A DNA stretch of 64,000 bases, taken from positions 184,140,001 to 184,204,000 of the forward strand of contig OX597814.1 of assembly GCA_951406725.2 (NCBI GenBank). Reading direction: 5' to 3'. The notes beneath the pieces were generated by a model that was not told where the DNA came from, made no database searches, and saw only the letters and a program-made list of their open reading frames with translations. This document shows positions 1-12,139 of the stretch, in pieces (position 1 is the stretch's first letter; each line of letters starts with the position of its first letter). A program made the translations under genes and the position numbers. Origin of the DNA: Octopus vulgaris. Lineage: Eukaryota.

Positions 1-573
1 AGAAACGCATTTATTGTTAGTACATATCTTTCAAAACCCAAACGTCTTATAAGCATGAAAACAATTTTAAACTGAAGAGCTGGGTAAAGAAATTTTCGCT
101 CATCACTTACATGTATTCGTTTCTCAATTACTTTTAATGCGATGATTGTGTTTGCTCTGACAACTATTCGAGATTTTAATTGGAATCTCCTCTCAATATA
201 CTTTACAGTTACCGATGTGTATGCGTGTATATGTACGTTTATGTGGTATGTGTAAGAACTTCTACGTTTGGGTTTGTGTGAGAGTGTGTGCGTTGGTGGA
301 AACAAGAAACGTTCGACATGAAATAAAGGATGCGTAAATGAAGAAAATAATAAGAGAAGAGACGCTATTGTGTATTTCTATTCATCAACATCGCTAATCT
401 TTTCTACTCTTTATTATATGAAGAAGAAACTAATATTCAGAAATACACATAAGATTTTAAATACTAATGCAAGTTTGATAACAATACGTCTTAGTGAAAT
501 ATACTTGGAAGTAAAAATATTTATTACTTTTCCAGTATATTTAGATATTTAGTTTTAGGCATATATATTACAT

Positions 574-629
<56 letters not shown>

Positions 630-631
<2 letters not shown>

Positions 632-790
632 CGCAGGAGTGACTGTGTGGTAAGTAGCTTGTTTACCAACCACATGGATCCAGGTTCAGTCCCATTGCGT
701 GGCAGCTTAGCCAAGTGTCTTCTACTATAGCTTTCGGCCAACCAAAGCCCTGTCAGTGGATTTGTTGGACGGAAACTGAAAGAAGCCCGT

Positions 791-833
<43 letters not shown>

Positions 834-1062
834 CTTTATGTGTGTGTGTGTGTTTGTTTGTGTCTGTTCGCCCCCCCCCTCCCAACATTGCTTGACAACT
901 GATGCTGATGTGTTTACGTCCCCGTAACTTAGCGGTTCGGCAAAAGAGATCCGATAGAATAAGTATTAGGCTTACAAGTCCTGGGGTCGATCTGTTCGAC
1001 TAGAGGCGATGCTCCAGCATGACCACAGTCAAATGACTAGAACAGGTAAAACAGTAAAAGAA
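630..1062 (+). mobile_element. tRNA-derived SINE family A (CORE-like), with internal (TA)n/(TG)n
   Basis: A-box-like TGACTGTGTGG and B-box-like GGTTCAGTCCC head. Body ...gacggaaactgaaagaagccc... and 3' part ...cttagcggttcggcaaaagag...gctccagcatg... recur many times in the window. Confidence 0.85.
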
Positions 1063-1071
1063 TATACATAT

Positions 1072-1250
1072 ACAGGGTGCGATGGGTAAATTGTCACCAT
1101 ATAGGCTTTAATTTTTCGCGCACGCGCTTTCTTTGCTTTGATTTTTCGACTACATGGTATAGTAGAGTCAGTTGGGCACCGCCTGTGAGAAAACAGCACT
1201 GTGACGCAATTCTCTGTGCCATAAAGTTGGTAACGGCATGCTTACTGTAT
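1072..1250 (+). mobile_element. Left end of Tc1/mariner (maT-like) DNA transposon
   Basis: TA-CAGGGTGCGATGGGTAAATTGTCACCAT and the following ~150 bp match the left end of the maT element at 52121. Confidence 0.75.
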
Positions 1251-1339
1251 GCCATACTTTCTGTTCATCAAAAAGATATATCTAACAAATATTCTTCTGC
1301 ACACATAAACTGAAATAAAATACAAAGACATGCATATAT

Positions 1340-1600
1340 AAACTTAGATAAACTTAGATATGTTTCGACCAAAGATTGGTCCAGGCCATGTCTAACTTAA
1401 TAGCACCACCTGATAGGATTATTCGAATCCTGTTTAAGTCAAGTTTTGTTCAAGTAATGAGTTCTTGTTGGGTGAGTTGTATCCAGTTTTGTTCAAGTAG
1501 TGAGTTCATGTTGGGTGAGCTGTATCCAATTATGGGTGGCTTATCTGGTATTCTTTGAAGGAATCTATCCAGACTCTGTTTAAAGTTGATGGGATCCTTC
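1340..1600 (-). mobile_element. 3' end of CR1-group LINE
   Basis: Minus frame KDPINFKQSLDRFLQRIPDKPPIIGYSSPNMNSLL is typical of the CR1/L2-group ORF2 C-terminus; short internal duplication. Confidence 0.65.
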
Positions 1601-1811
1601 ACATACAAAGTATGGGGGGAAGGGGTTAGGTACGCCAGGTAAGTGCTGCAACGGATTATTAGGGGTCCAAGGTTATAGCCGAGACGGTAGTTATGCAGCC
1701 ATTGCAGAATTCCGATGCCGCGGATATATAAATGTTAAACAGGGAGTCAAATATTAAGGGAAGGGAAACATCTCAAGTCATATACAATATTTTTGCAAGA
1801 AGACATTCAAA

Positions 1812-1867
1812 ATCTTACAGCTGTTTCTGGGATACTGTCGGGTATGGGATATTCCATCATCAGAGAC
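1812..1867 (-). ncRNA. Minimal type I hammerhead ribozyme (Penelope-like LTR fragment)
   Basis: Minus strand gtct-CTGATGA-tggaata...tatccca-GAAA-cagctg-TA-agat: intact core, palindromic stem III, 4-bp stem I. Confidence 0.7.
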
Positions 1868-2364
1868 AAATTGTGGAAAAAATATGGAAAATAAGAATGG
1901 TATATATTAATGAGATGATAACATAGCGGAAGGGAGTAAAAGAATAAGGAGATGGTAAGAGAGAAGAAAAAAGCGGCGTAAAAGTTCTTGGTTCAACTCT
2001 CCGAAGTTATGGAAACCAAACCATGAGTCATATATAGATATGTACACACAACACCACACACATACAGACTTAATGATAAACAATGCACACACCTAACAGA
2101 TTCACATGTATGTCACATTAGAGACACGACTATGTTCCAGCTTTATCTTTCTTACTACAGTATTTCATATATTCGTATAACTTTCTCATTTAGTATAAAT
2201 TTCTTAAAACCATATTCAACGTTAATAGAGCTTCATAGACGCATTTCTAACAATTTAGCTAGATTTAATGTCTATGTTTTCTTTATAATCTCGTACGGTT
2301 TATTTGATCACCAAAGCCGAAAAGGTGTTACCGATATGGTGGTCACTATTTCATGCTAATATCT

Positions 2365-2545
2365 GTATGGAAAACAATTAAATTTTGGAAAAAATAAAAG
2401 AAAAGTTTTGAAAGGGATAGTTTTGCATAGTAATCAAATACAAGGGTCATTTTCCTTGTTTCTCCCCTTGTATTCGAATACTATGTAAATATTCCTTTAA
2501 CATACTTTTCTTTTGATTTTTCCAAAATTTAACTGTTTTCCATAC
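2365..2545. repeat. Imperfect inverted repeat, ~80-bp arms, ~18-bp loop
   Basis: gtatggaaaacaattaaattttggaaaaa...tacaaggg versus cccttgta...ttttccaaaatttaactgttttccatac. Confidence 0.8.
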
Positions 2546-2632
2546 TTACAATTGAAAAAGATTCAATAACTGAAACTGGTACTGAAATAAATTTTATAAA
2601 ATTATTTCAGCATTTCCTACCTTGACATTTTT

Positions 2633-2679
<47 letters not shown>

Positions 2680-2799
2680 TAAAGATATATACCTATATAT
2701 ACAGATATTTATACATATATATATATACATAGATGTATGTGTGAATGGATGGATCAATGTGGGATTATATATATATATATATATATGTAACTATTATAT

Positions 2800-2870
<71 letters not shown>

Positions 2871-3094
2871 CATATTATATGCATATGTGTGTGTGAATGT
2901 GTGTGTGTGTGCGTGTACTGGGAAGTTGATTGGAAAATTGCGGTCATACAAGACTGACACACATGCCAATTATGGTATATTCACTTAAACACATTCAAAC
3001 ACACGAAGGCATACATGACTGCATGAGTGTATATGTGAGTATATGTACGTAGGTATATTTACGTCTCTCTCTCTTTCTATATGAGTCAATTTAA

Positions 3095-3290
3095 TACAGC
3101 AATTTAGTTAGATGTAGTGAAACCCTCTAACTACTGACAGTTAGTGAGATGAGCGGTCTTTAATGTGCATGTGGAAAGACGCGCAGTTATTTCTGGTAAA
3201 TACTTCGAGAATAATTGAACTGACAGAGAAAATAAGCAAATTGCCTCGTTGATTGGAAGATAAGAAAGTTGATTTCAAACTAAGGCAAAG
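3095..3290 (+). pseudogene. PB2: Possible short influenza-like PB2 C-terminal fragment
   Basis: QLVR*AVFNVHVERRAVISGK vs flu PB2 [24 protein letters not shown]. Short match only. Confidence 0.3.
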
Positions 3291-3633
3291 ACGGAAGATA
3301 GACAGAAGTAGAAGGAGATTAGAAGGGAAAAGAGAAAAGAAAAAATGCAGAATGCATTCTCTTCTTTTATTATCAGTATTGTTAATTTACTCTTATGTAT
3401 AGTCTTATGGTCTTGCTATTTACGCAACTCATTAATGTAATATGTATGTGTGAATGTACCTGTTTCTGTCTGACTGTCTGTCGCCTCTTTCAGTCTTATT
3501 CATTTAGTCACACATTGTTCCTTACTTTGCATCTCCTCTGTCTCTCGCTCGACACGCATATATATTTATACACACACATACATATGCCTGTATAGACACA
3601 TACATATATACAGACAGACAGACAGACAGACAG

Positions 3634-3664
<31 letters not shown>

Positions 3665-3665
<1 letters not shown>

Positions 3666-4076
3666 CACTTTCACTTTCACTTTGACCGACCAGTCCGTCA
3701 GGCGTCCATTTGACACCGCTAGTCACAGCACGCTATCCACTCCTCTCTGGATCGCGCCTTTCTCATCCACGTGATCCCAATCGTCCTCTTGAAATCGTCA
3801 CTCCACCGTCGTGGAGGTCTTCCGGGTGGTCTTTTCCGCTCACGCGGATACCACTCGACAACTGCGTGCGTCCACCGATTATCGGTGAGCCGGGCGACGT
3901 GTCCAGCCCATCTATACTTGCTGCGAGTATACTCTGCGATGACATCTCTCACGCCGGACTTCTTTCTGATGATGTTGCTATTTATGTGCTCTCTCAACGA
4001 GATACCAAGCATTGACCTTTCCATGGCTCTTCGAGCCGTTATCAGTCTTTGCTATTCTCTCTTTGTGGTAGCCCAT

Positions 4077-4077
<1 letters not shown>
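3665..4077 (-). mobile_element. RTE-clade LINE 3' fragment
   Basis: ORF 3719..4024 ERSMLGISLREH...KYRWAGHVARLTDNRWT...KRPPGRPPRRWSDD, followed by a (GTGAAA)n tail. Confidence 0.9.
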
Positions 4078-4145
<68 letters not shown>

Positions 4146-4347
4146 ACGAGTATATAATCAAGACACCACAGGGAAAAAAATATTACCATATTATTCGCAT
4201 TAAATTCCGATCCGACACATGTTTCTGTGTCATAGGACACTAGTGTGCTTATCCAGCAGAAACAAGTGAGAATTAGAAATCAATGAGAATAAACTGTAAA
4301 AAATAACTTTTGAAGATGTATACTCCTTCATTTTTCTCTAGGAAATA

Positions 4348-4572
4348 TATGTTTGTGTGTCTGTCCCCCCCCGCCCAACATCGCTTGACAATTGATGCTG
4401 GTGTGTTTACATCCCTGTAACTTAGCGGTTCGGCAAAAGAGACCGACAGAATAAGTACTAGGCTTACAAAGAATAAGTCCTGGGGTTGATTTGCTCGACT
4501 AAAAGGCAGTGTTCCAGCATGGCCACAGTCAAATGACTGAAACAAGTACAAGAGTAAAAGAGACTAAAAGAG
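4348..4572 (+). mobile_element. SINE family A, 3' half
   Basis: Near-identical to 850-1062. Confidence 0.85.
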
Positions 4573-5036
4573 AGTATATCAATGCACACACACACGCGCA
4601 CACACACACATACACACTCATATGTATATGTACATATACATGCATATTATATAAATGCATATAACATTTAACTGTAAGTAACTCAAGAGCTTTTTGTTTC
4701 GTGGGATGGCCGATAAGTGCACCAACGTGCGAGAAATGCGATACACAAATCTCTCGCCCTTTGAGTCCTAAAGGAATTTTACACACACCTAAGTGACTCG
4801 AGTCACTTGTGTGCACGTGTGTATGCGTATTTGTTTATGTATTTAGGTGTGCATGCTGGTGTAAATGATAAATGAATGTACATCCGTAGAAATAGTATCC
4901 TCTATATTTTCTCTAGAGTGGGAATGATACGAAACGCAGGAGGGTGGAACTCAAGTTGCGAGAGGAACATTGAGTTTCAATGTGTATGTATGCACGTACA
5001 GATGTGTGCGTGAGTGTTAATACGCTGACCGTATTA

Positions 5037-5075
<39 letters not shown>

Positions 5076-5129
5076 GACACACACACATAATATGTGTGTG
5101 TGTGTGTGTGTATTATATTCATAACGGTT

Positions 5130-6090
5130 GTTAGCTACTGCATCGATGAAAGCAATTAGATCCTTTAGTATTTAAATACGGAATATTTAACTGTGGAGCA
5201 TATATAAAATTCATTAGCTAATTAACAGGAAGGCTTTTAATTACGCATGATATTCCTGCTGCATTGGGATATAAGAGGATGTGAGTAAATGAAAACGAGT
5301 AATTATTATTAAAAAGAAAAAAGGAAATGTGATCTAATTGCAATTATATTAAATCTAAGCTCTAAATTCGATGTAATGGATTTATCGAGCCACTGTGCCT
5401 ATTTAAGTGTGAGATTATTTGGGGAAATATTGGGTCAACTAATTTCTTTTTAGTTAAACTGACTTATTCTTAGCCTGAGATTTTCAAGGAGATTCCAAGT
5501 GAAAAATGCTTTGAAATTAATGTTATTATTGGTTTCAAATTTTGGCACAAGGCAAGCAATTTTGATTACATCGGCCCCAGTTAACGACAGACGAAATACC
5601 TATTTCTTTACTACCCACAAGGGGCTAAACAGAGAGGAGACAAACAAGGACAGACAAACGGATTAAGTCGATTATATCGACCCCAGTGCGTAATTGGTAC
5701 TTAATTTATCGACCCTGAAAGGATGAAAGTCGACCTCGGCGGAATTTGAACTCAGAACGTAGCGGCAGACGAAATACCTATTTCTTTACTAACCACAAGG
5801 GGCTAAACACAGAGAGGACGAACAAGAACAGATGAAAGGATTAAGTCGATTATATCGCCCCAGTGCGTAACAGGCACTTATTTAATCGACCCCGAAAAGA
5901 TGAAAGGCAAAGTCGACCTCGGCGGAATTTGAACTCAGAACGTAGCGGCAGACGAAATACTGCTAAGCATTTTACCCGGCGTGCTAACGATTTTGCCAGT
6001 TTGCTGCTTTAATTAACGTTAATATTGGCACTGTAACCGAAATGGTTTAAAACACCCACTGTTACTTCTATTATAATTAAAATAATAATG
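5130..6090 (+). pseudogene. PB2: Influenza-like PB2 N-terminal fragment interrupted by a SINE
   Basis: EYLTVEHI vs KTTVDHM; TGR vs SGR; LRM vs LRM; LSVR/IWGNIG vs LAVTWWNRNG; PEIFK vs PKIYK. Resumes after the SINE as NVNIGTV vs HGTFGPV. Confidence 0.5.
5533..6009 (-). mobile_element. tRNA-derived SINE family B (Meta-domain-like), internally tandem-duplicated
   Basis: Two ~180-bp units with gcctttcatcctttcggggtcgat core. Flanked by diverged TSD aattaatgttattattgg / aattaacgttaatattgg. Confidence 0.85.
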
Positions 6091-6309
6091 GTTTTAAATT
6101 TAGGAACGTGGCCAGTAATTTGGAGGGAATCAGATTAGTAGATGCTATCGAATTTAATACTAGGCTGTTACTTTATTATATCGACTCCGCGAGTTTGATG
6201 AGCTTAAATAAGTTGAAGTCTAAAGGTCCATAGCTTCAAGATTATAATAATAACTGTGTCTAATTCAAATGCTTGGCAAGCAGCTGGTAATATTTAAATT
6301 CTATTTAGG

Positions 6310-8462
6310 CGGGAAAGCACAACAAACCGCCTGTTTTCGCTCCTTTGCTTGGGCATTAGGTAAGCTTAGGAGGTTCTCCTTTTTGTAGCAAGGATTTTGG
6401 AGAAAGCTCTGTTGTTTGAATAATGCATACTTTTAACAAATCAATTTCGTTTGCACTTTTTTGTCCATATTCTATTATCCTATAATCCGAGACTGGTAAC
6501 CTTCGAAGAACACATGTGCCCAGATATTTAATCTAATTTGTGGTCATCAATTTTCCTTCCATGGCAAAAGGAAACATAGTATAGACATAAAATAAAAGGA
6601 ATTAGCTGACAACTCTATGTTAAATTCGATTTCATCCACCATATTTTACTACACGCAAATCATTTCTTACTCTTCATTTCTATTTCCAATTGTTTTTCAC
6701 ATTAAAACTATACTCAAGCAGTCCTTTGAAAAATTGAGTCTGTGCTTTTGTAGAACTTACTCTCGTCATTACTTCCCATACTAAGTTGGATTTCGCTAAT
6801 GACTTTCTGTTGCCCTGGCTCTTAGTATCCTCTCCTAAGTGCATCTGCTATCTCTGCAACTCCCCATTTTAATAAATCACCGACTAAATATCATGAACTG
6901 AAGAAATATTCAACACCATCGCTCTGTTTGGTGTGACCGTTTTAAGTGTCTTAATTATACGCATCCTCGACTGGTCCTCGTCAATTTCGTAATCGATGCT
7001 GCAGTAACAAAGGCCAAAATTCACCTGTTAGGTTCCACTCTTTTCGTCATTCAACCGACATAAAATATTTATGATTTTTAGTGGTAAATCATCAAACATT
7101 AACCAGCTGATATCGACTTTATATCCATACATCTATAATTCTTTTTAGTATTTGAGATAATCAACTCCCATTCCTCTCCCTTCATCAAATTTTCTTGAAC
7201 TTCTAGTTAACTCAGCGTAATGAAGAAAGCGAATGGCGTGGCAAATAACTCTCCTAGATGGGTTCTTTCAAATACTTTACTCAATCAAAAATCTTAATAA
7301 GCATATTCTCAATCCTTTTATCAATATCCGTGGACAGCAGTGCCGGTAACGAACAAGGCATAAAATTTCAAGAGTAACTCCCCTATCGCCATCATTAACA
7401 CTAAGAAGGAAACTTATAACAATCGCCATAATGCCTGTAATATTAGAAAAGTAAATAATATTTTCAGGTATTATACAACTTACAATCACACCTTCACACC
7501 AAATTCTAACCGAGATTTTTTCGTAAAAGTAAAATTGTTGCAGTTGAGAATCACTTAGACATTTTGCAGGCCTATCGTCTTCATTAGTCAATTTATAAAT
7601 AGAAGTATTCCTGTGTGTGACGATATACTACCACATTCTATTAATTCTGGTGTACCACAAAATCCCGTATTACATATACTTTTCCTTTTCTGTAGTTAGC
7701 AACATATATACAGCCTCTTCTAACAACGCACCCTCTTACAAAGATATAAGTTCGCTTCTCTCCTTTTTTATCCCTCAATACATTGGAGTCATCCACATGC
7801 AAACTAATAAATCCTTGACAGATTTGCAATGACCTAGAGAGTATTTTTGAATGTTGACAATCGAAGAATCAATGAACACTTGTTGGAGTTATGTGTTTAC
7901 TTCCTAGAAAGCGTAATACGTACACACATGTGTTTACTTCCTAGAAAGCGTAATACGTACACACATCGGAATACTGCTTACGAGAATGGAATACTGTTGC
8001 TGCTGCAAATATAGGCACGCTAGACCGCACACGAAAGAAGACTGTCGACAACAGTAAAAATCCATTTGCCAACATATTTCAAGAACCAACGGACGGATGG
8101 GTTATTATTTCTTCTCATTGCATGGTACATCACTATTACAACACAATAACTTTTGTTCCTCAAAGACTCGTTAGTTGCATAATTTTAACCATCTGTTAGG
8201 GATTTGTTTTCCATATTTTACTATTACTGTTTACCTTTTCTCAAATCTAGTGTAGAAATGTTCGCCCACTCTATTTTTTACAGATCAACATTCTGCAATT
8301 ACTTCCCCGTTCACGCTTTTTTCTATAACAATTCATTTTAAAATCTTCAAGAATTCAACCGCGTTAATATCACCAGTCTCGAAGATCTGAGAAGATCAAA
8401 GGCTTTGAACGCCCTAGCTAGGCTAATTACAGAACTAATGTATATATTTTTTCGATTTTCAT
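6310..8462 (-). pseudogene. PB2: Near-full-length decayed influenza-like PB2 (endogenous viral element), copy A
   Basis: Collinear motifs vs flu A PB2: [222 protein letters not shown]. ATG at 8462; many stops and frameshifts. Confidence 0.85.
7891..7966. repeat. 38-bp tandem duplication inside PB2 copy A
   Basis: atgtgtttacttcctagaaagcgtaatacgtacacac occurs twice. Confidence 0.9.
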
Positions 8463-8499
8463 AAGAGACCTAATCCTGGGTGATTTTTTATATATATAA

Positions 8500-8930
8500 A
8501 ATCGTTTGATGGAAAATGTGCGGTTGAAAGGAAGAGATTTTCCAAAGATGAAAATATTTGATCTAAAACCAAAACACTGGAGAATTAAAGATAAAATACA
8601 CAAAACACTCGCAGAAAGACATGTTGGTTTTTGTATACAAGTCTTCAAAATAGTCTTTGATACACATCACTTGAGTATTCTCACTTCTCTTCTGTCAAAC
8701 GTTTTATATTCCTACTTATTATAATCATCGAACATCTCTGATTACACTCTTGAAGTTCTGTCACTTGTGAATAGCTCCGGCTAATTAGCGGTGTTAATAC
8801 AAGCTGATTACGACCAGTGAAGATACCATCAGAAAGAAAATTAAGCAAGGTCGGACATAGTTAATAATTAGCTCAGAGAGATTTTATTCTCATCTTTAAA
8901 AATGATTGTTTAGGAATATCTTACTTATTA
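8500..8930 (+). pseudogene. PA: Influenza-like PA C-terminal fragment
   Basis: ORF 8506..8724 and its continuation: KGRDFPK/KEKDMTK; TSLLSNVL/RTLLAKSV; SG*LAVLIQADYDQ/SRKLLLIVQALRDN; LREILF/IEECLI. Confidence 0.65.
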
Positions 8931-9291
8931 AGATACACCAAGGTCTTCTGCACAATTTCAGTATACCAAAATTTATTTATAACTAATTGATTAACACGAA
9001 GTTATAGAATATACATTCTCAAGGTGCCACATAGTTGGATTGAATCCTGAATCACGTGGTTACCAAGTGGATCTTTTAGCCACCGAATCATGCCCGTGTC
9101 TATGGATTTCATGATTGTTTAAAGTTGATTCAACGACTACAAAGCCTGTATGTGTGTGTGTGCATATATATATATACGCATATATATACATATATATATA
9201 TATATACATATACATGTATATATACATATATACATACATGCATACATACACATATATATGTATGTATATATATATATACATGCATATACAT

Positions 9292-9339
<48 letters not shown>

Positions 9340-9409
9340 CAATACGATATTTGTTCTCATCTGAACGGGATGAGGAAAATTTTGTTTTGCGATTTAGTAT
9401 GGATTTAAA

Positions 9410-10030
9410 GATGGTAAGTAATTACTTTGAGTAATCCTAAAAATCTAAAAATAGTTGATCTATGAATTATTTAATGAAATCTTTAATGGATATAATGGTT
9501 ACAGGTCAAGACTCATTATTTGAGTTGCTGATGCAAGGTATCAGGATTAATGTAGAACTTTCAGGTTGACAAAATTTCTTTACTAGTACCCTCAACTGCA
9601 ATTTTGTGGGTAGATGGATCCTTATAATGGAACTGTTGACTAAATTACGTTCTTGATGGAAAAGGCTTACACATGTAGATGATGTCGTTTACTGATAACT
9701 TGAGGAAACACGAAAATATTTCAGAATGGAATTCACAGATGTAGAAATACTGTTGGGAAGATTGGAAAACATGTGTTCATTTGTTTATCGCAAAGAGGAG
9801 AATCCTTTCATTAGATCCCCAAATCCCTCAAAGACATACGTACGCTGATAATACATAATACACAAATAATTGTAATCAAATCTTTGTGAAAATACTTTTC
9901 TGCCTATACACATAATCATACCATTGAAGCAATGCACTCAGTCGTAATTACAGAGAAGTGTACCCAAGTATACAATACGGGAACATATGTTCAAATCAAA
10001 CAGACTTTCCACTACGTGTTAAATTACTAG
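9410..10030 (+). pseudogene. PB1: Influenza-like PB1 C-terminal half, internally deleted
   Basis: CRTFRL/YRTCKL; FTSTLNCNFVGRWILIMEL/FTSFFYRYGFVANFSMEL; NLRKHENISEW/NLHIPEVCLKW; GRLEN..FVYRKE/GRLCN..FVSHKE; CNQIFVK/CCNLFEK; IEAMHS/VEAMVS. Confidence 0.7.
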
Positions 10031-10765
10031 CTGTATCTGCCAAAATGCTACATAAATTTACACGAGTTTACAAAAGAAACTACACTTACATTTTACAAAG
10101 AAGCCAATAAATAAACAGACGATTATAAAGTTAAGAAATAGCTGCGTTATTTTTTAAAATTTATTTTTATATTTAAAATTCTATATTGAAAATTTGGTAA
10201 ATATATATTTTCTGAAGATAAAGAAAGACAACGTAATTCTGCTTTCTTTGATCCTTTAGAATGTTATGTAATAAAAATGATAGAGAAACGTTGCAATTAC
10301 TATGCGTCACATATCTTCAAACTTGGAATATACATGTGAATGTAAGTAAATTTGTAGGTGTGTATGTTTCTATATGCTTTAGAGAACATTAACTTAGATA
10401 CTTAATCGTATGTATGAATTTCCTATTTTTCATTTATGAAAGTATGCGGGTGAAATTGAAACAGATTGTTTTCTCTGAAACTTTTATACTCCGACTGTTC
10501 CCTCTCTTGAATCTTAGCAACCATTTCAGTTTATACTTGTACTGTTTCAGTCTCTGAACAGTGGCCATGCTGGAGCATAGCATTGAAGAATATAATTTTT
10601 TAACAATGACCCTAAAATTTAGATTCATACTTATATTGTTGGTATCTATTCACAGAATTGTTGCTTTTTGAAATAAAAAGATGTCGTTCAGCACACCAAG
10701 CTTAGGCCGGTATATACAAACCCAAAAGCACACACGCGCACATACATACACATATGCATTCATGC

Positions 10766-10844
<79 letters not shown>

Positions 10845-10846
<2 letters not shown>

Positions 10847-11220
10847 ATAAGTATTAGTATCCAGAAAACCCAACATGGCACGTATGACTATATAAGTGTT
10901 ACGGAAGGACCGTAGTTAGACTCTCGGTTCGATAATAATACGAATTAGGTGTCCAGTGCGGGTCTTGTGTGAGTATGTATATGTTAAATATAATGAGGCA
11001 ACAAAGTCAAGGTTGTGTGTGGAATTTATAGGACATTTATAAAGAGAAATGTAGACTTACAGCTGTTTCTGGGATATTAGGGATATCGCTTCATCAGAGA
11101 CGATATGAGAGAGTTAACTAGAGGGAAATAGTAGAGTTCAGTATAAGGAGTTATTTTGGAAAAGGATGGATATAGGAAGTATAAAGGGAAATAAGAGAAT
11201 AGAAATAAAAGTAAAAATAT
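10845..11220 (-). mobile_element. Penelope-like LTR fragment with degenerate hammerhead ribozyme (11054-11101)
   Basis: Minus strand gtct-CTGATGA-agcgatat...atatccca-GAAA-cagctg-TA; same motif family as 1812-1867. Confidence 0.6.
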
Positions 11221-11299
11221 ATGCAGGATGTTACAATTGCAGTTCCATTATCCCAAAAACAATCGTTAGATAATGGAACTACACCTCTAACATATATAC

Positions 11300-11334
<35 letters not shown>

Positions 11335-11476
11335 CGATATTTTTCTCAACTGAGAGCGACGAGGAAAATTTTGTTTTGGCGATTTAATCTGGCAATTTTT
11401 ATCTTTTTTATAGTAAATGTTGGTGTCGATTCGTGCGACCAAAATTCTCCAAGGCCTAATAAGTGAAACAAAGATT

Positions 11477-11533
<57 letters not shown>

Positions 11534-12139
11534 ATGCATGTATGCATTTATAATGTTGAGTTGAAGATTTAATATATTTTACATTTCAAAATAATATCCA
11601 ACTAAAACTGAAATCTCGAAACAACACTATAAATCGCTTTGTATCAATCAACATGCTAGAAATAACAGTCACATTACCTCAAGTTGCATTCTACTCTCTT
11701 AAATACGAGAAAGAATGCATTAAGTGATAGTGCTACAAACCTCTTAAATGACGGTGTGATCAAAAATGGAATGCCCTATCAGCATATGTCATTTCGATCA
11801 CGCTGACCTAGGCCTATACATTCTTATCACCAACATTGTCAACAACGACTTCTACATCGACAACAACGATGGCAACAACGACAACGAAGTTCAAATCATT
11901 ATGTTGCTTGGATGAGAATTTTCTGCTTCACTGCCGCCTCATTATTCAATGTTTCTTGTTGATTGATTGCTGCTGGGAAATGATACAGTTTGGAATCTAT
12001 TTCTAATGTGTTGCCAAAACTTACATTTCCCAGTACTTGCCTCTGGTTACAGAATAAAAATAAAAATAGCATAAAGGTAAGATAAAGGAATACCTGACAG
12101 CATAATCATCAATCATTAAACATACAAAAATTCAAAATG

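Larger units (their letters stand above)
1..2330 (-). pseudogene. PA: Fragmented endogenous influenza-like PA (N-terminal third), pieces at ~2115-2330, ~360-550 and 1-215, running off the window edge
   Basis: Minus-strand pieces in collinear order: YEIL**ER*SWNIVVSL vs flu PA FEIIEGRDRTMAWTVVNSI; INIFT vs IHIFS; IERRFQLKSRIVVRAN vs IEERFEITGTMRKLAD. Intervening DNA is SINE, maT end, CR1 and Penelope-like fragments. Confidence 0.5.

Noticed and set aside
630-700. tRNA genes at SINE heads
   Set aside because: A/B boxes continue into SINE bodies and no full cloverleaf is evident.
4670-4816. HA-like GWxxxxPxC (plus) and ALIGHP (minus) motifs
   Set aside because: Both strands give equally short matches, so chance cannot be excluded.
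7277-7620. Mononegavirales L methyltransferase-like motif (LSVNDGDRG)
   Set aside because: Spacing is wrong and the flanks match PB2 collinearly.
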